Source: Leucoraja erinacea
Lineage: Eukaryota
DNA: 64,000 bases
Assembly (NCBI RefSeq): GCF_028641065.1
Contig: NC_073410.1
Location: 5,208,001-5,272,000, forward strand
Direction of reading: 5' to 3'
In this document: in pieces, positions 27,766 to 40,773 of the stretch
Position numbering within the stretch: position 1 is the stretch's first letter
Layout of the letters: every line of letters starts with the position of its first letter
The notes under the pieces: model-generated
Told to the model about the DNA's origin: nothing
Seen by the model: only the letters and a program-made list of their open reading frames with translations
Database searches by the model: none
Position numbers and translations under genes: made by a program

Positions 27766-28186
27766 TGAGTGACCAAACTGGCAGCGTTATGGAGATGGCT
27801 GGTGCTGATAACACTGGCAACGCTGACACAGGCGGGGAACACACAAGTAGCTCCTTATCTGGGCAAAATGTAACCTTGCTTTCACTCTCTCCCTCTCTCT
27901 CCGAACTTGAGCAAACAATTGACTATTTCCAAACTAGGTCATGAAAAATAACAAGTAAACCAATGTTCTAAATTAAACTGTGCTGTGAGAGAAGGGCGAG
28001 GCATCTGTAAAGTGAGAGATGGAAAGGAATGGGGCCAATTCATATAGAGGCAGAAAGCTTTCCATTTATACACTGCTTTTTATCATTGGAAACATCCCAA
28101 AGCAATTCACGGCCAATTAAATAATTTTGGTGCGTGCTTATTGTAATGTAGGCGGTTTGAGAGAGTAGCTGATGAGGAGGGAGCAA

Positions 28187-28555
28187 AGAAACATAGAAAC
28201 ATAGAAAATAGGTGCAGGAGTAGGCCATTCGGCCCTTCGAGCCTGCACCGCCATTCAATATGATCATGGCTGATCATCCAACTCAGTATCCTGTACCTGC
28301 CTTCTCTCCATACCCCCTGATCCCTTTAGCCACAAGGGCCACATCTAACTCCCTCTTAAATATAGCCAATGAACTGGCCTCAACTACTTTCCGTGGCAGA
28401 GAATTCCAGAGATTCGCCACTCTCTGTGTGAAAAATGTTTTTCTCATCTTGGTCCTAAAAGATTTCCCCCTTATCCTTAAGCTGTGACCCCTTGTTCTGG
28501 ATTTCCCCAACATCGGGAACAATCTTCCTGCATCTAGCCTGTCCAACCCCTTAAG
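28187..28555 (-). mobile_element. CR1 LINE 3' fragment
   Basis: ORF SRTRGHSLRIRG...FFTQRVANLWNSLP; (TTTCTATG)n tail. Confidence 0.85.
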
Positions 28556-29181
28556 AAGCAGGATTAAATGGATTGGGAGAGGGAGGGAGTGTGGAGTTAC
28601 ACCAGGGGCTGGTGTGGGGTAAACTGTTGTGGAATTGGTAAGTTTCTCTTGTGCCCCAAGATCTAGGGATGTCGTTTTTTTGTTCGAAGAACCCTGAATT
28701 GGTTTTATCTGCTAAGGAGATGCGAGAAAAATTCATCAGTAATTTCAGTGTAGCTGCTTCCAACGAAGGAGCCTTTATTAACTGTGGCTGACTCAACTGC
28801 AGGGAAATCCTTCACAATAGAAGATAGATACAAAATGCTGGAGTAACTCAGTGGGTCAGACAGCATCTCTGGAGAAAAGGAATAGATAACGTTTTGGGTC
28901 GAAACCCTTCTTCAGACAGAGTCAGGGGAGAAAGGATTCACATATCCCTACACTCTGGGACACACAGAAATCCTCCTTAGACTAATGTTATTTCTCCTTC
29001 AGTTAATGATCTAGTTGTCAGAGTTATAGAATCATACACTCAGAAACAGGCCCTTCAGCCTGCTGTGTCCGTTCTCACCATAAGAGGCCCTGTTGTATTG
29101 AGGTCCTTGTCCACCCCAAAGCTTAGATTTTGAGCTTGGATCTGAGCGCCTCTTGTAGACACGATTGTCTTTTGCTTCCAG

Positions 29182-29326
29182 GAGCTCGGACCTGATGCAG
29201 TCCTGGATCACCCGCATCAACCTGGTGTCGGCCATGTTTTCAGCTCCGCCGTTTCCCGCGGCCATCGGGTCCCAGAAGAAGTTTAGCCGGCCCCTGCTGC
29301 CCACCGCGGTGACCAGGCTGTCTCTG
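29182..29326 (+). CDS. PSD: PSD exon [48 protein letters not shown]
   Basis: ttccag|G acceptor and CTG|gtgagt donor; conserved EFA6 motif. Confidence 0.95.
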
Positions 29327-29504
29327 GTGAGTGACCCGTGTAACCAGAGAAAACACCCAGCCAAAAGATCAACAACCACCGCTTTCATTGTTATAGCTTC
29401 AACCTTAACTACAGCCCGACCTCAGTACCAACATACTATGGACTTTGCATATGGTTGCACTACAACTTTGACTTGTACTATTATGGTCTGGTACCTAGTA
29501 TAAA

Positions 29505-29950
29505 GTCAAGTCCAGTCACATTTATTTATATAGCACATTTAAAAAACAACTCTCGTTGGCCAAAGTGCTTTACATTTGTATAAGAATAGTACAACAAACC
29601 ACTACATACATATAGCCCTCGTTCAGAGGATGTCAAGAAAGGCTTGGGAGTACAGATGGGTTTTTAGTCTTGACTTAAAGGAGTCGATGGAGGGGGCAGT
29701 TCTGATGGGAAGGGGGATGCTGTTCCACAGTCTAGGAGCTGCAACCGCAAAGGCACGGTCGCCCCTGAGCTTATGCCTAGACCGCGGGATATTCGGCAAC
29801 CCCAAGTCGGCCGAACTGAGGGACCTTGAGGTGGTGTGGTGGGTGAGAAGACTTTTAATGTAGGTGGGGGCAAGCCCATTGAGGGCTTTGTAGACATGAA
29901 GGGGGATCTTGAAATTTATTCGGAAGAGCACAGGGAGCCAGTGGAGCCAA
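29505..29950 (-). mobile_element. L2-clade LINE 3' fragment
   Basis: RINFKI...YKALNGLAPTYI...GDRAFAVAAPRLWNSIP...FKSRLKTHLY. Confidence 0.85.
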
Positions 29951-30089
29951 AGGGGCTGTGTCCCACAGCGGCGACCTAATCCGTGCGTTATGAAGAGTGC
30001 CTTCGACCTTCAAGCTCGAGGGCACTCGCCTGAAAAGCCTCGAGCTGGATCGACAGTCCGCGTTGAAACCGCAAGCTGGATTGACCACA

Positions 30090-30142
<53 letters not shown>

Positions 30143-30178
30143 GCGCACACACACGCACACACACACACACACCCCCCC
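29950..30178. mobile_element. Partial Harbinger-type MITE end followed by a (CA)n microsatellite (30087-30172)
   Basis: AAGGGGCTGTGTCCCACAG terminus, CpG-rich body, then CA repeat. Confidence 0.5.
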
Positions 30179-30535
30179 CAGTTAAGACAGAGGCTTAACT
30201 CCAGCACTTTGTGTTTTGTTCAAGATTCCAGCATCTGCAGTTCCTTGTTTCTCCATTAGCACGTGTCAAACATGGCCTCGGGGCACAATTGGACAATGTC
30301 CCACACCGAGCCTCAGCAAAGAGATCAGTTGCCCAAACTACATGAACCCATAGAGGTGCCCGTCATGTTGTGGCACGGTGGTGGGCAGTGGCAGCCTCTG
30401 CTGGCCGATGCAGGGAATGGCAAGGATTTACCAGCTCCTGTTCTCAGTGAGCTACAGGTCAGCTTTGAGTGCATCATATACATGTGTGTGGGGGGGGATA
30501 GATTGAGAGCTTGTTCTTTGTTCACTGTCTGGCAG

Positions 30536-30679
30536 GAGGAGCAGATAAAGGCTCACGATGCCCGGCTGAAGGCAATGACCACCGACTTAGCCGAGCATCA
30601 CTCATTCCCCCCGGACAAGAAGGCGAAGGGGAAAGAGCTGGAGGAGTACAAGCAGAAGGAGGAATACTTGGAGTTCGAG
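30536..30679 (+). CDS. PSD: PSD exon EEQIKAHDARLK...KEEYLEFE, coiled coil
   Basis: ggcag|GAG acceptor and GAG|gtgggc donor; 144 nt, phase 0-0. Confidence 0.93.
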
Positions 30680-30689
30680 GTGGGCATTG

Positions 30690-31005
30690 ATGCAGGAGTA
30701 GGCCATTCAGCACCGCCATTCAATATGATCATCTAAAATCAGTATCCTATTCCTGCTTTTCCCCCATATCCCTTGATTCCTTTAGCCCTGAAAGCTAAAT
30801 CTAACTCTCTGTTGAAAATATCCAGTGAATTGGCCTCCACTGCCTTCTGCGGCAGAGAATTCCACAGATTCACAACTCTCTGGGTGAAAACGTTTTTCCT
30901 TATCTCAGTCCTAAATGACCTAGCCCTAATTCTTAAACTGTGACCCCTGGTTCTGGATTATCCCAACATTTTTCCTGCATCTGCAAGTCTGTCCAATCCT
31001 TTAAG
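30690..31005 (-). mobile_element. CR1 LINE 3' fragment adjacent to a PSD splice donor
   Basis: Same consensus as 28187-28555. Confidence 0.8.
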
Positions 31006-31520
31006 TATGGAGTGATGTTTGCCACGTACTCACTCAGTTTCACCCCTTAATTGCATCTTTAAACTTTATGTCAATCATTCCACATCTCCGCAGACGTGCA
31101 GATTTGTGGGTTAATTGGCCTCTATATAATTGTCCCTATCTGTGTGATCGCTAGTCAACATGGTCTCAGTGGGCTGAAGGGCCTGTTTCCAAGTTGTATC
31201 TCTAAACTAAACTAAACACAGGCCCAGACATCACTTATTCCTTTTCTCCAGAGATGCTGCCTGACCCGTGGAACTACTCCAGCATTTTGTGTCTATCTTT
31301 ACAGGAAAAGTCTCACACAAATTCCTTGGTTTTGTTATTGATCATCTTACATCTGCATTCCCCAAATGTAGGGAGTGTAGATGTCACCCTCTTGTGGTAC
31401 CACCAACCCTCCCCCAGTCGGTTCCTCTTGCCCTGCTCCTTCATCCTCCTCCCATGACCTCTGCGGTTGAGTCCAGCTCTGATGAAACAAGCCTCTTGTG
31501 CTCGCTCTTTTTCTCCACAG

Positions 31521-31763
31521 GAGATGCGGTTCTGTACCTACGTCTCACTGCTTCGGGCCAAGCTGAAGGCCGGCACCGATGACCTGGACAAATTTGATGC
31601 CGCCTTGTTTGACACTGCCGAGAACGAAGGGAACGGCCTGAAGAAGTCACACTCCAGCCCCTCCCTCAACCTGGAGCAGCCGGTGGTGGCCATCAGGATC
31701 AAACGCAATACCTCGGAGCGCAGGAATAATCGGCACCCTGCGAGCGCCAAGCACAAACTGTAA
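31521..31763 (+). CDS. PSD: PSD last coding exon EMRFCTYVSLLRAKLKAG...LKKSHSSPSL...KHKL*
   Basis: ttctccacag|GAG acceptor; stop TAA at 31761-31763; LKKSHSSPSL motif. Confidence 0.93.
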   Translation, partial: EMRFCTYVSLLRAKLKAGTDDLDKFDAALFDTAENEGNGLKKSHSSPSLNLEQPVVAIRIKRNTSERRNNRHPASAKHKL

Positions 31764-32739
31764 CGCACGGTTGGTCCAACCTTGCGCTGAGACTGCCGCG
31801 TGCGTTGTACGTTCGGCGGCAGCTTAAGGACAGTAGTGTAGAGCCATTGGTAGCTCCTCGTGCTGGTTGGTGAATGTCTGGCTCAAGCACAGAATGATGT
31901 AGATACGATTCCCTTTGCCAAGTGCAGACACTGTGACTGAGGATGGTAAGGACTGTGCCTCAGAGCAACACCATTGGGAAGGGCAGTAGCCAGCTGGCCA
32001 GGCCTCGCACCATCTGCCAAACAGCGAGTCCAAGCCCAACTTGTACTCTGAATCTGAACTAGGAGCCACTTCTTCCTGCAAAGGCCTCCGTACTTCCCCC
32101 TTGAGTGATGGGGAAGGAAGGACTGCCCTTTGCAGCGTCTGAAATTCTGGTGTCATTGTGTCCCCAATGGTGTGGCTGAACAAACACGTTTGTGTTGGAT
32201 AGGGTGGCATGGAGGCCGGGAGGGGCAGAGGTGAGGGGTGGCGCACTTTGGGTTGTGCTTCCCATATTTGGCAGGACCAACTGGAGAAGGCTTCACCCAG
32301 TGTGAACTAATGGACATGTTCTCCTGACCTGACTTTGAGCCGATAGCCTTGTCAACACAGCTGTCTTCAAAACTTTTATTTATGCTGTGTTTCTCTTCTC
32401 CACTCCTCACGCCTCAGCTGTTTGTACCTGCTCTCCCCCCCCTCCCTTGTGAATGTTAAATTATTTCCACAGTTTGTCAGTTGAATGTGTGTTTCATAAA
32501 ACAGGACCTCAGTATGAATAGGGGACTGGATTTATCAACTCTGTTAGTGCACATGATCACGTCACACTGCTTGCACCAGACTCCCGTCTGTCCAAGCCAT
32601 TCAATCCTGCTCTTCTCAGATATACTTTGTAGATGTTCCCAGACCTTGTCAGTGCTGGTTAATTCTAAAGGCAGAAACTCAAAAACTCTCCAAAAGTTTC
32701 AAATGGTGTAAGAGGGTGAGTGGGGGCGGGTGCACGCCC

Positions 32740-33085
32740 CGTGTGGCAGCGGCGCAGGTGTGCGCTCTGTGTCACACCACAACAGTGGTGACAGATGTGC
32801 AGTCATTGTGACAGTGTGACGACGGGCAGATGTGCACTCTGTGAGGCAGTGGTACACTGTAACAAAGCAGCAGTAAGGGCGGATGTGTGCTGTGCAACAA
32901 TGTGGGCAGATGTGCACTCTCAGCACGGGCAGATGTGTGGTCTGTATGACAATCTGTGTGCTCTGTTGAGATTGGATGATGGGCAGATGTGCGCTCTGCG
33001 ACTGAGTAGGTGTGGGCACTGTGACCTTGCGTTGGGCAGATGTGGGTTCTTCACACTTGCCCATCAGCAGTGCTCTGTGAAGTGT
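32740..33085. repeat. Degenerate minisatellite with a GGGCAGATGTGCACTCTG core
   Basis: About ten variant units in the probable 3' UTR. Confidence 0.65.
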
Positions 33086-34847
33086 GGTGGAATGGTTTCC
33101 CTTGCTGATCCTCGGGGACCAGTAGACTGGCTTGGAGCTCAGCCTTCCTCATTGGATTGGTGCAAGATGACCACAGACCTGCTGGTCACGTCACTCACAC
33201 CATGACAGACACTTGGACCCTGCGTCAGTGAGGAAGAAGTGATTTGGTGCATGTCTTACGCACGCAAAAATACAGAGGGATAAGGACTGAACCTCAGTGT
33301 CTATAGCCGGGTGCAGGGCGCTCAATGAAGCATGTTGAATTTTAATATTTTTTCTCCAGCATTTGGGCAATGTTTGGCCCCCATACAGCAAGACACCCCT
33401 GTCTTCAAATGCCTAATGTGCATGTTTTAAATTTTCTATTTTGATTGAAGGTAACCCACATAAAATGTGAAAAATGGGTTGGTAAATCCTTCAAAGCAAA
33501 GAGGATCTGTCACCCACTGTGGAATTTGAAGGGTTTTGGTGTTTGACCTGCTCAACATCCCACAGCTAAGTATAGAGGCCAAGAAATGGTGTGAGTGAGC
33601 ACCAAGATCTCACTCTGGATCAGCTGAGCTGGAGACATGGGATAGGAAGATGATAAGACCTTAAGAGCAGGATGTGGCCTGTCAAGTCTTCTCCACCAAT
33701 CAATCATGGCTGATCTATTTTTCCCTCTCAACCCAATTCTCCAGCCTTCTCCCCGTAACTTTTGTTGCCCCTACTAATCAAGGACTTATCAATCTCCACT
33801 TTAAAAATACCCAATGTGGGTCTCTGCAGCCTTGAAACCAAAGTCTAGTTCATGTCTGCCGACCTGTTCCTAAAAGCAGAGTCTATATTTACTCATCAGT
33901 CACAGCTTTCTGTTTGGAGGAGAGAGGGTGTACTTCAGCCACTGGGAAGACTAAGAGCAGAGGGAAATGGTGAGTGCTGATGGTAGCAGCTTGTCCATTA
34001 AGCTCAAGGCTAACAAAAGACAAGGGAGTTGACATTATAGTCGGGCGTTTGTGTTCAATGTGCCTGTCGTCGTGTTTCCCCATGTTGTTTCCAGCACGGG
34101 TTCCATGTCTCCCATATTTGTCCCAGCCGCTATCTCAATCCAATCATCAAGTGGCCCAAAGGTTCTCCCTCCTAAAGGTTAAGGTCCTAGGATCCACCCT
34201 TAACACCCATCGTATGTCGGTGCTGTTGCTTCCCTTCTCTCTCCCTCATAGCCTTGCTCGCTGCTGTTCCACATTTGCTGCAGTGCAGTCAGCACTTCTC
34301 CTTTGCTCTCCACCTCATCCACACCCCACTCATCTGTCCATCTGGCTTTCTTCTCTCTCTCTCTGCTGATCCATCCCATCATTGATTTAATCTTTTCATC
34401 ACCCCCTCGCTGGGTAGTTCCACTGATCCCACCCTCAGATACTGCTAAATGCTGGCAATCTCTCAGTCCTGATGCAGGTCTTGACCTGAAATGTTGGCTC
34501 TCGGCTTTTTGCCTCCACAGATGCTGCTTGACCTGCTGAGTTTCCACCAATGTTCCAATGTTGTTTCATCTCCAGGACCCGACCATGAATCTATTCCAGA
34601 GGAATCTTTAATAACAATAAAAAATGCTGGGCGGGTGGAAAGAGAAACAGTTAATGTTTCGTCTGAGCATTAACAATTATTTTCCCACAGATGCTGCCTG
34701 ACCTGCTGGGTGATTCGAGCATTATGCGTTTTTTATGTCAGTCTTTAAGCATCTTCAGTTTTTTTTTAATTTTCTATTGCAGGGTTGAAAATGCATAACA
34801 TTTCTGGTCACTGACCATTCTCCTGGCCTGCCCCAGGGAAGAGTCGT

Positions 34848-35335
34848 AAGATAGACACAAAATGCTGGAGTAACTCAACGGGACAGGCAGCATCTCTGGA
34901 GAGAAGGAATGGGTGACGTTTCGGGTCAAGATTCTGAAGAAGTGCCTGGACCCGAAATGTCACCCATTCCTTCTTTAGTTTAGTTTAGAGATAGAGCACG
35001 GAAACAGACCCTTCGGCCCACCGGGTCCGCGCCGACCAGCGATCGCTGCACATTAACATTATCCTACACCCACTAGGGACAATTTTTACATCTACCAAGC
35101 CAATTAACCTACAAACCTGCACGTCTTTGGAGGAAACCGAAAATCTCGGAGAAAGCCCACGCAGGTCACGGGGAGAACGTACAAACTCCGTACTGACAGC
35201 ACCCGTAGTTGGGATCGAACCCGGGTATCCGGCGCTGTGCCACCGTGACTCTCCAGAGATGCTGCCTGTCCCGCTGAGTTACTCCAGCTTTTTGTGTCTA
35301 TCCAGTTTAAACCAGCATCTACAGTTCTTTCCTAC
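34848..35335. mobile_element. Foldback with a nested minus-strand SINE (~34973-35247), in the probable 3' UTR
   Basis: The right arm is split by a SINE with a TTTAG tail. Confidence 0.7.
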
Positions 35336-35878
35336 ACAAAGATTCTTAAGAGTTCAATCAGTCCTGCGTCACTGCTGATGCTGACTTCAGTGAAGTGATT
35401 CGGAGATATTCTCATCCCAGTTTCATTATCTTCAGTCATCTCCATTTGAGAGTAAACTGGTGGCCTTAATGAGAGGGATGCAGTGAGGTTGCAGCAGGGA
35501 CAGAGCATGTGTATGTGGTGAAGAGATGGGTGGAGGGGTGAGAGCAAGTAGCTTGTTGAGGAGATCAAACGGGAGAAGGAGGAAGGACTTAGTGTAAGAT
35601 AGGAATGAGACTTGAGCTTTGGGGATTGAAATCTGTTGCATCTTGGAGCACCAAAACCCCCTTTTATTATGAAGAAGAAAAAAGTGACCCAGATCCTCAA
35701 AAATCAATTGAAGGAATGAATAGACTGATTCATACAAATGTCAGTGAACCTGGCGACAAGTTTTGCCGCAAGAGGAGCTGTCGCCGTTTTACGTCTTCGA
35801 CGAAGCGAGGAACCTCTTTGTAAATGTTGATAGCTATTTAATGATGACAACCAATGTAAAACTAAAGGAATACTGTTC

Positions 35879-35906
35879 AATAAACAAATGCTCCATTTAA
35901 AATAAA
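35879..35906 (+). terminator. Tandem polyadenylation signals AATAAA (35879-35884 and 35901-35906)
   Basis: Two canonical hexamers followed by T/GT-rich sequence. Confidence 0.55.
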
Positions 35907-36007
35907 GAGCCTGCTTCATTCTTTGTGAGTGATCCTCTAAAGTGGGGCAGCGTTTAGTGTGGCCGGTTGGGGAGATGTTAGCCAGTGTGCTGATTCTATG
36001 ATCGTAA

Positions 36008-36187
36008 TGCGGTTCCCGGAGGTTGCAGGGGGTTGCCGGAGGTTGCAGGTGGTTACCGGAGGTTGCAGGTAGTGGAAGCAGGTAAGGAGACTGACAAAAA
36101 CCTCCGGGAACTGCACGGAAACCTTGGGTGGGGTGCAGAGTCTCCAGAGGTTTCCGTTCAGGTTTCCTAAGTGGGACAGAGGCGTTA
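36008..36187. mobile_element. Truncated copy of the 40053-40278 MITE
   Basis: Near-identical core and right arm; one extra GGTTGCCGGAGGTTGCAG unit; left arm missing. Confidence 0.8.
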
Positions 36188-37004
36188 GGGTGCAGGGTTC
36201 AACAATCACAACTGATACATTGATCAGAATAATTGAACATAAATAATCATTTTGCAATTATTCCTGTCGATATTTGAGCGTGATAACTTGGGCTGGTTTG
36301 GTAATGCAACAGTCTAGTTTAGAGAGACGGCACGGAAACAGGCCCTTTGGCCCACTGGGTCCCCGCAGACCAGCGATCCCCGTACACGAACATCCCACAT
36401 ATGCTAGGGACAACTTACAAACCACTTAAACTACAAACTTGTACATCTTTGGAGTATCGCGTATGATTCTGTGACTCCACTTACAACATCACGGGGGACA
36501 AATGTCAGGTAGACAAGCACCTGTAGTCAGGTTTGAACCCAGATCTGTGGCGCTGTAGGCAGCAACATGACCGCTGTGCCATCGTGCTGCCCATATCTCA
36601 GGTACAGGGCTCTATTCCAATAGGGTTTGTAATTTCAATTGTGTTCCACAGTTTCCCAGCATGACGTTCATCCAACCAGTGGTAAAAGTAGAAGCCTAAA
36701 ATTGGATTCCATCCCCAATGGTGGAACATGGTCATAGTTTCTACTCAACCCACTTGTACATTTCTAGTCCAGGAGTTACCAACCAAAGCAACTATTGAGC
36801 AACAGGAACAAGACATTAGTGGAAGGTTATGCCTGAAGGTTTTATCTATCTGAAAGGTTTGCCTGAGATTTTATTCACATTCACGAACATGGAAAGTTTT
36901 CTTGTCAAATGGTTAATGATGACATCAAAGAGCCATTGCTTATAAAATGATTCCTTTTGTTTTTGGGCTGAAAGAAAAGCAGAGATGTTTCTCTTTTCAG
37001 AAGA

Positions 37005-37705
37005 ACAACAGCCCTCGAGTTGCAGGTACATAGTTCCATGAAAGTGACGATGCAGGTAGACAGGGTGGTGAAGAAGGCATTTGGCACGCTTGCCCTATAT
37101 CAGCCAGAGCAGTGAGTACATGAGTTGAGACATCTTGGTAAGACCACATTTGAATTACTGTGTACAGCTCCGGTCGACTGCTACAGGAAGGAAAGGGTAT
37201 GAAGAAGATTAACGAGGATGATACTGGAATTGGAGAATTTGGGTTATCAGGAGAGGTTGGATGGGCTGGCTTTTTTCCTTGGGACTTATGAGTGATGTAG
37301 GTGAGATGAATGGCCATAGTCTTTTCCCTAGGGTGGGAGAGTTTAAAGAGTTAAGGTGAGAGGGGAAAGATTTACAAGGGACATGATAAGCAACCTTTTC
37401 ACTCAGAGGGTGGTGCATACACAGAATGAGCTACCAGAGGAGAAGGTCATGGCAGATATAATCTAAAATATAAGGTGTACAAAAAAGCTGGAGAAACTCA
37501 GCGGGTGCAGCAGCATCTATGGAGCGAAGGAAATAGGCAACGTTTCGGGCCAAAACCCTTCTTCAGACTGAATCTAAAATATAATTTGGTTAGGAAGGAT
37601 TGGAGGAATATGGGTAAATGGGACTAGATCAGTTCAGCAATATGGTCAGCATAGGTGAGTTGGGCAGAAGGGCCTGTTTCCATGCTATATAATTCTGTTA
37701 CTCTA
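37005..37705 (+). mobile_element. Degraded CR1 fragment with a Penelope arm inserted (37474-37570, TSD AATCTAAAATATAA)
   Basis: GGGTGGTGAAGAAGGCATTTGGCACGCTTGCC and other CR1 ORF2 end motifs. Confidence 0.7.
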
Positions 37706-38624
37706 TCTCCACTTATAAATCCCTCTGTCGGTAAAGGTCTTAGTATGAAGAAGTATTTCAATCCAAATTGTCGATTGGCCATTCCCTCTGATGCTGCCTT
37801 TGTGTTTGGATAAGATCATCACTTCCTTTTGTCTCCCTCTGCAGGTCCTGCTTTGTGAATGCAAATCATAACTCTGGAAGAGTGAACAATCTGTTGCAAC
37901 ATGGGTTTCATCTGTCTGACAGCTACACCTCCCCGAAGCACAAGAGGCCACATGATTGAGTGAAGGTCAAACGGTCTCCATTTTTTCTCCTTCACACCAA
38001 AGACTGTGAAACCTGTCTCCTTGGCAAATTATGCATGTGCTCATATAATTTGAGATCAATTTAGCAGCCACAACGTTACTAGTACCGAGAAAAATTGAAT
38101 TGGTTCAGTTGAGAGTCTTAGAAATTCCCACTTATCCTTTTGAATTCCTAGCAACAGATATTGGACACTTTGCCGGAAGAGTGCATTCAGTCTGAGATTA
38201 TACAATCCCATAATCTGCAAACCAGAATTTAAAAGCAATTCCAATTGTGGGTGAGAAACCTTTACAAAAAAAGCCTTGCTCAATTGAGAGGAAAAGTCAA
38301 TTTGAGCTTACATGCTCAACTTCAGACGCCTGAAGAAGGGGCTCGACCCGAAACGCCACCTATTCCTTTTCTCCAAAGATGCTGCCTGACCCGCTGAGTT
38401 GCTCCAGCATTTTGTGTCTATCTTCCATGTTCAAGCATTCACCATGCAGAATGTAAATTCCAGATGTCCAACTTGCATGCTGTATGCACAGGGCAGTAGA
38501 AATTAGAAGTGAGTCCTATAAACTGCACACATGGAGACCTTCACCTGTGGAGATTGGGGTCAAGACATGTGTCCAACATCGTCAACATCTGTGCATGTTG
38601 GGACTCACATGCAAAGTAGAACTA

Positions 38625-38882
38625 AGGTACAGCCAGTGCCTCACAGCGCCAGAGACCCATGTTTGATCCTGACTACTGTACAGAGTTTGTACGTTCACCC
38701 CTGTGACCGTGTGGGCTTTCACAAGGTGCTCTGGTTTCCTCCCACATTCCAAAGACGTGCCGGTTTGTAGGTTCATTGGCATCTGTAAAATTGCCGCTCG
38801 TGTGTGGGATGCAAAAATGTGATAAGTAGTGTAGGGGTGATCGATGGTCGGCATGGACCTAGTTCCACACTGTATCTCTGAA
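38625..38882 (+). mobile_element. tRNA-derived SINE
   Basis: Same core; a shorter copy also lies at about 805-905. Confidence 0.65.
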
Positions 38883-40052
38883 ATAACCAGCACAAGCTCA
38901 ACATCTGCACACAGAGAGAACAACAGGTACCGTCTTTGAAACAAACACCTGCACACATGTAGTGACACTGTGTGCCCATTGGGTCCATGCTGATGACCAA
39001 CTAGCACTGTTGGTGCATCGTACCAATGCATAACGTAATAAAAAAAGGCCTGGTCCTGGACAATATTTATCCTCTACTCAAAACATCAAAAGATGTTTGG
39101 AACTTTCAGTGATCAACCTGGCTACCATGCTCCATACAATGCACCAAATGTACTTCATGGTATGTTTAGTTCCTGTGAGATGTTCTGAAAATAGATTTGC
39201 CTTTTAAAGAAAATCGAATTGCTAATTCAATCACTCTCCTATCTCCTTGCAGAGGTTAGGAAAAGATCGAGGCAGGGGGAATATAGAACTACAGGGAGGT
39301 GTTTGGGGTAGTGGCTAATGAAATATTATTTGAGGGCTGCCACAAGTGTTTGGTTACTTAAATTACGCTCAGTTAAATCATTGTGAGGAAATGTATTCTG
39401 CTGGTTAGATGACCTGTTCAATTTGCATTAGATAATTGGATCGCTGAGTGAATTTTTTCCCATTTACTTCCCGTGTTGATATTCAGCACCGAGGTGGCAC
39501 AATCTCGGACTGTTAATTATACAGCAGGCACCATGGGTCCAAAGTGTATTTCATAAATGGAGTATGTTTCAGCCTGTGTGAAATAATGCAGTGAGGTTTC
39601 GTGTACAGCATGTCCTCGGTACAACAATAACAGGGATAGGCCATTCAATCTCTACCAGCCCAAACAAGAAAGTGGTTGCAATCAGATTTGCTCAGCCCAT
39701 GTCTGCTTTAGTTATTTTCTGAATTTTCTAAATGAGGATGTGGCTTGGTGTGTGGGCAAAGGGATTGGCACATTACTGGGCATGCACACCACTCCCACCT
39801 CCCTCAATCAGTATTAGGAAAAAATAAGCACCATGCCACTTCATAGAGCCCAGTCCATACATGCCGACTGAAGTATCAATCTAAGCTAGTCCCCTTTGCC
39901 TGCTTTAGGCTAACCTTTTCCTGTCCATTCACCCGTCCTAGAGTCTTTCACATGCTGTTATAATACTTGCCTTAACTACCTCCTCTGGCAGCTCGTTCCA
40001 TGTACCCACCACCCACTGAGTGAAAAGGTTGCCCCTCATGTAATCGACTTAA

Positions 40053-40278
40053 TGCCCCTGTCCCACTTAGGAAACCTGAACGGAAACCTCTGGAGACTTT
40101 GCGTCCCACCCAAGGTTTCCGTGCGGTTCCCGGAGGTTGCAGGTGGTTGCCGGAGGTTGCAGGTAGTGGAAGCAGGTAGGGAGACTGACAAAAACCTCCG
40201 GGAACTGCACGGAAACCTTGAGTGGGGCGCAAAGTCTCCAGAGGTTTCCGTTCAGGTTTCCTAAGTGGGACAGGGGCA
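40053..40278. mobile_element. PIF/Harbinger-type MITE with ~85-bp near-perfect arms
   Basis: TAA|TGCCCCTGTCCCACTTAGGAAACC ... GGTTTCCTAAGTGGGACAGGGGCA|TAA. Confidence 0.85.
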
Positions 40279-40773
40279 TAATGCAACTGTACTGTAAGCC
40301 CTGCACTCAAAGATACAAAGACTGAGAGACACTTACAGAACTACTGAACTCCTACAACAGTGGAAGTCTAAAGGACAAAGAGCAAACTCTGCTGTTTCTG
40401 CCACTCCCCTGCCTTTCAAAGGTAGAAACAGTGAACAATTTTGTTTGAATATACAAACAGATGCTGGTTTACACAATAGGACACAAAATACTGGAGTAAC
40501 TCAAAGGGTCAGGCAGCATCTCTAGAGAACATGGATAGGACACGTTTCATGTCCTGACCTGAAACATCACCTATCCATGTTCTCTAGAGATGCTGCCTAG
40601 CCCTTTGAGTTTCTTCAGCACTTTGTGTCCCCAGTCAAAATCTTTGGCCACCAGATGGTGCTAGTGGTTTAAAGGTGAACTGAAGACTGCTTGCCATATT
40701 GAGATCCACAGGTTACAATTCCATTTAGTGGGGTCTGACGATGAGTCTCATCACTTCCTACACCCAGCTTCCT

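Larger units (their letters stand above)
31764..35920 (+). other. PSD: Probable long 3' UTR of PSD
   Basis: Follows the stop codon and runs to an AT-rich segment with two AATAAA signals; the end is inferred. Confidence 0.5.
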
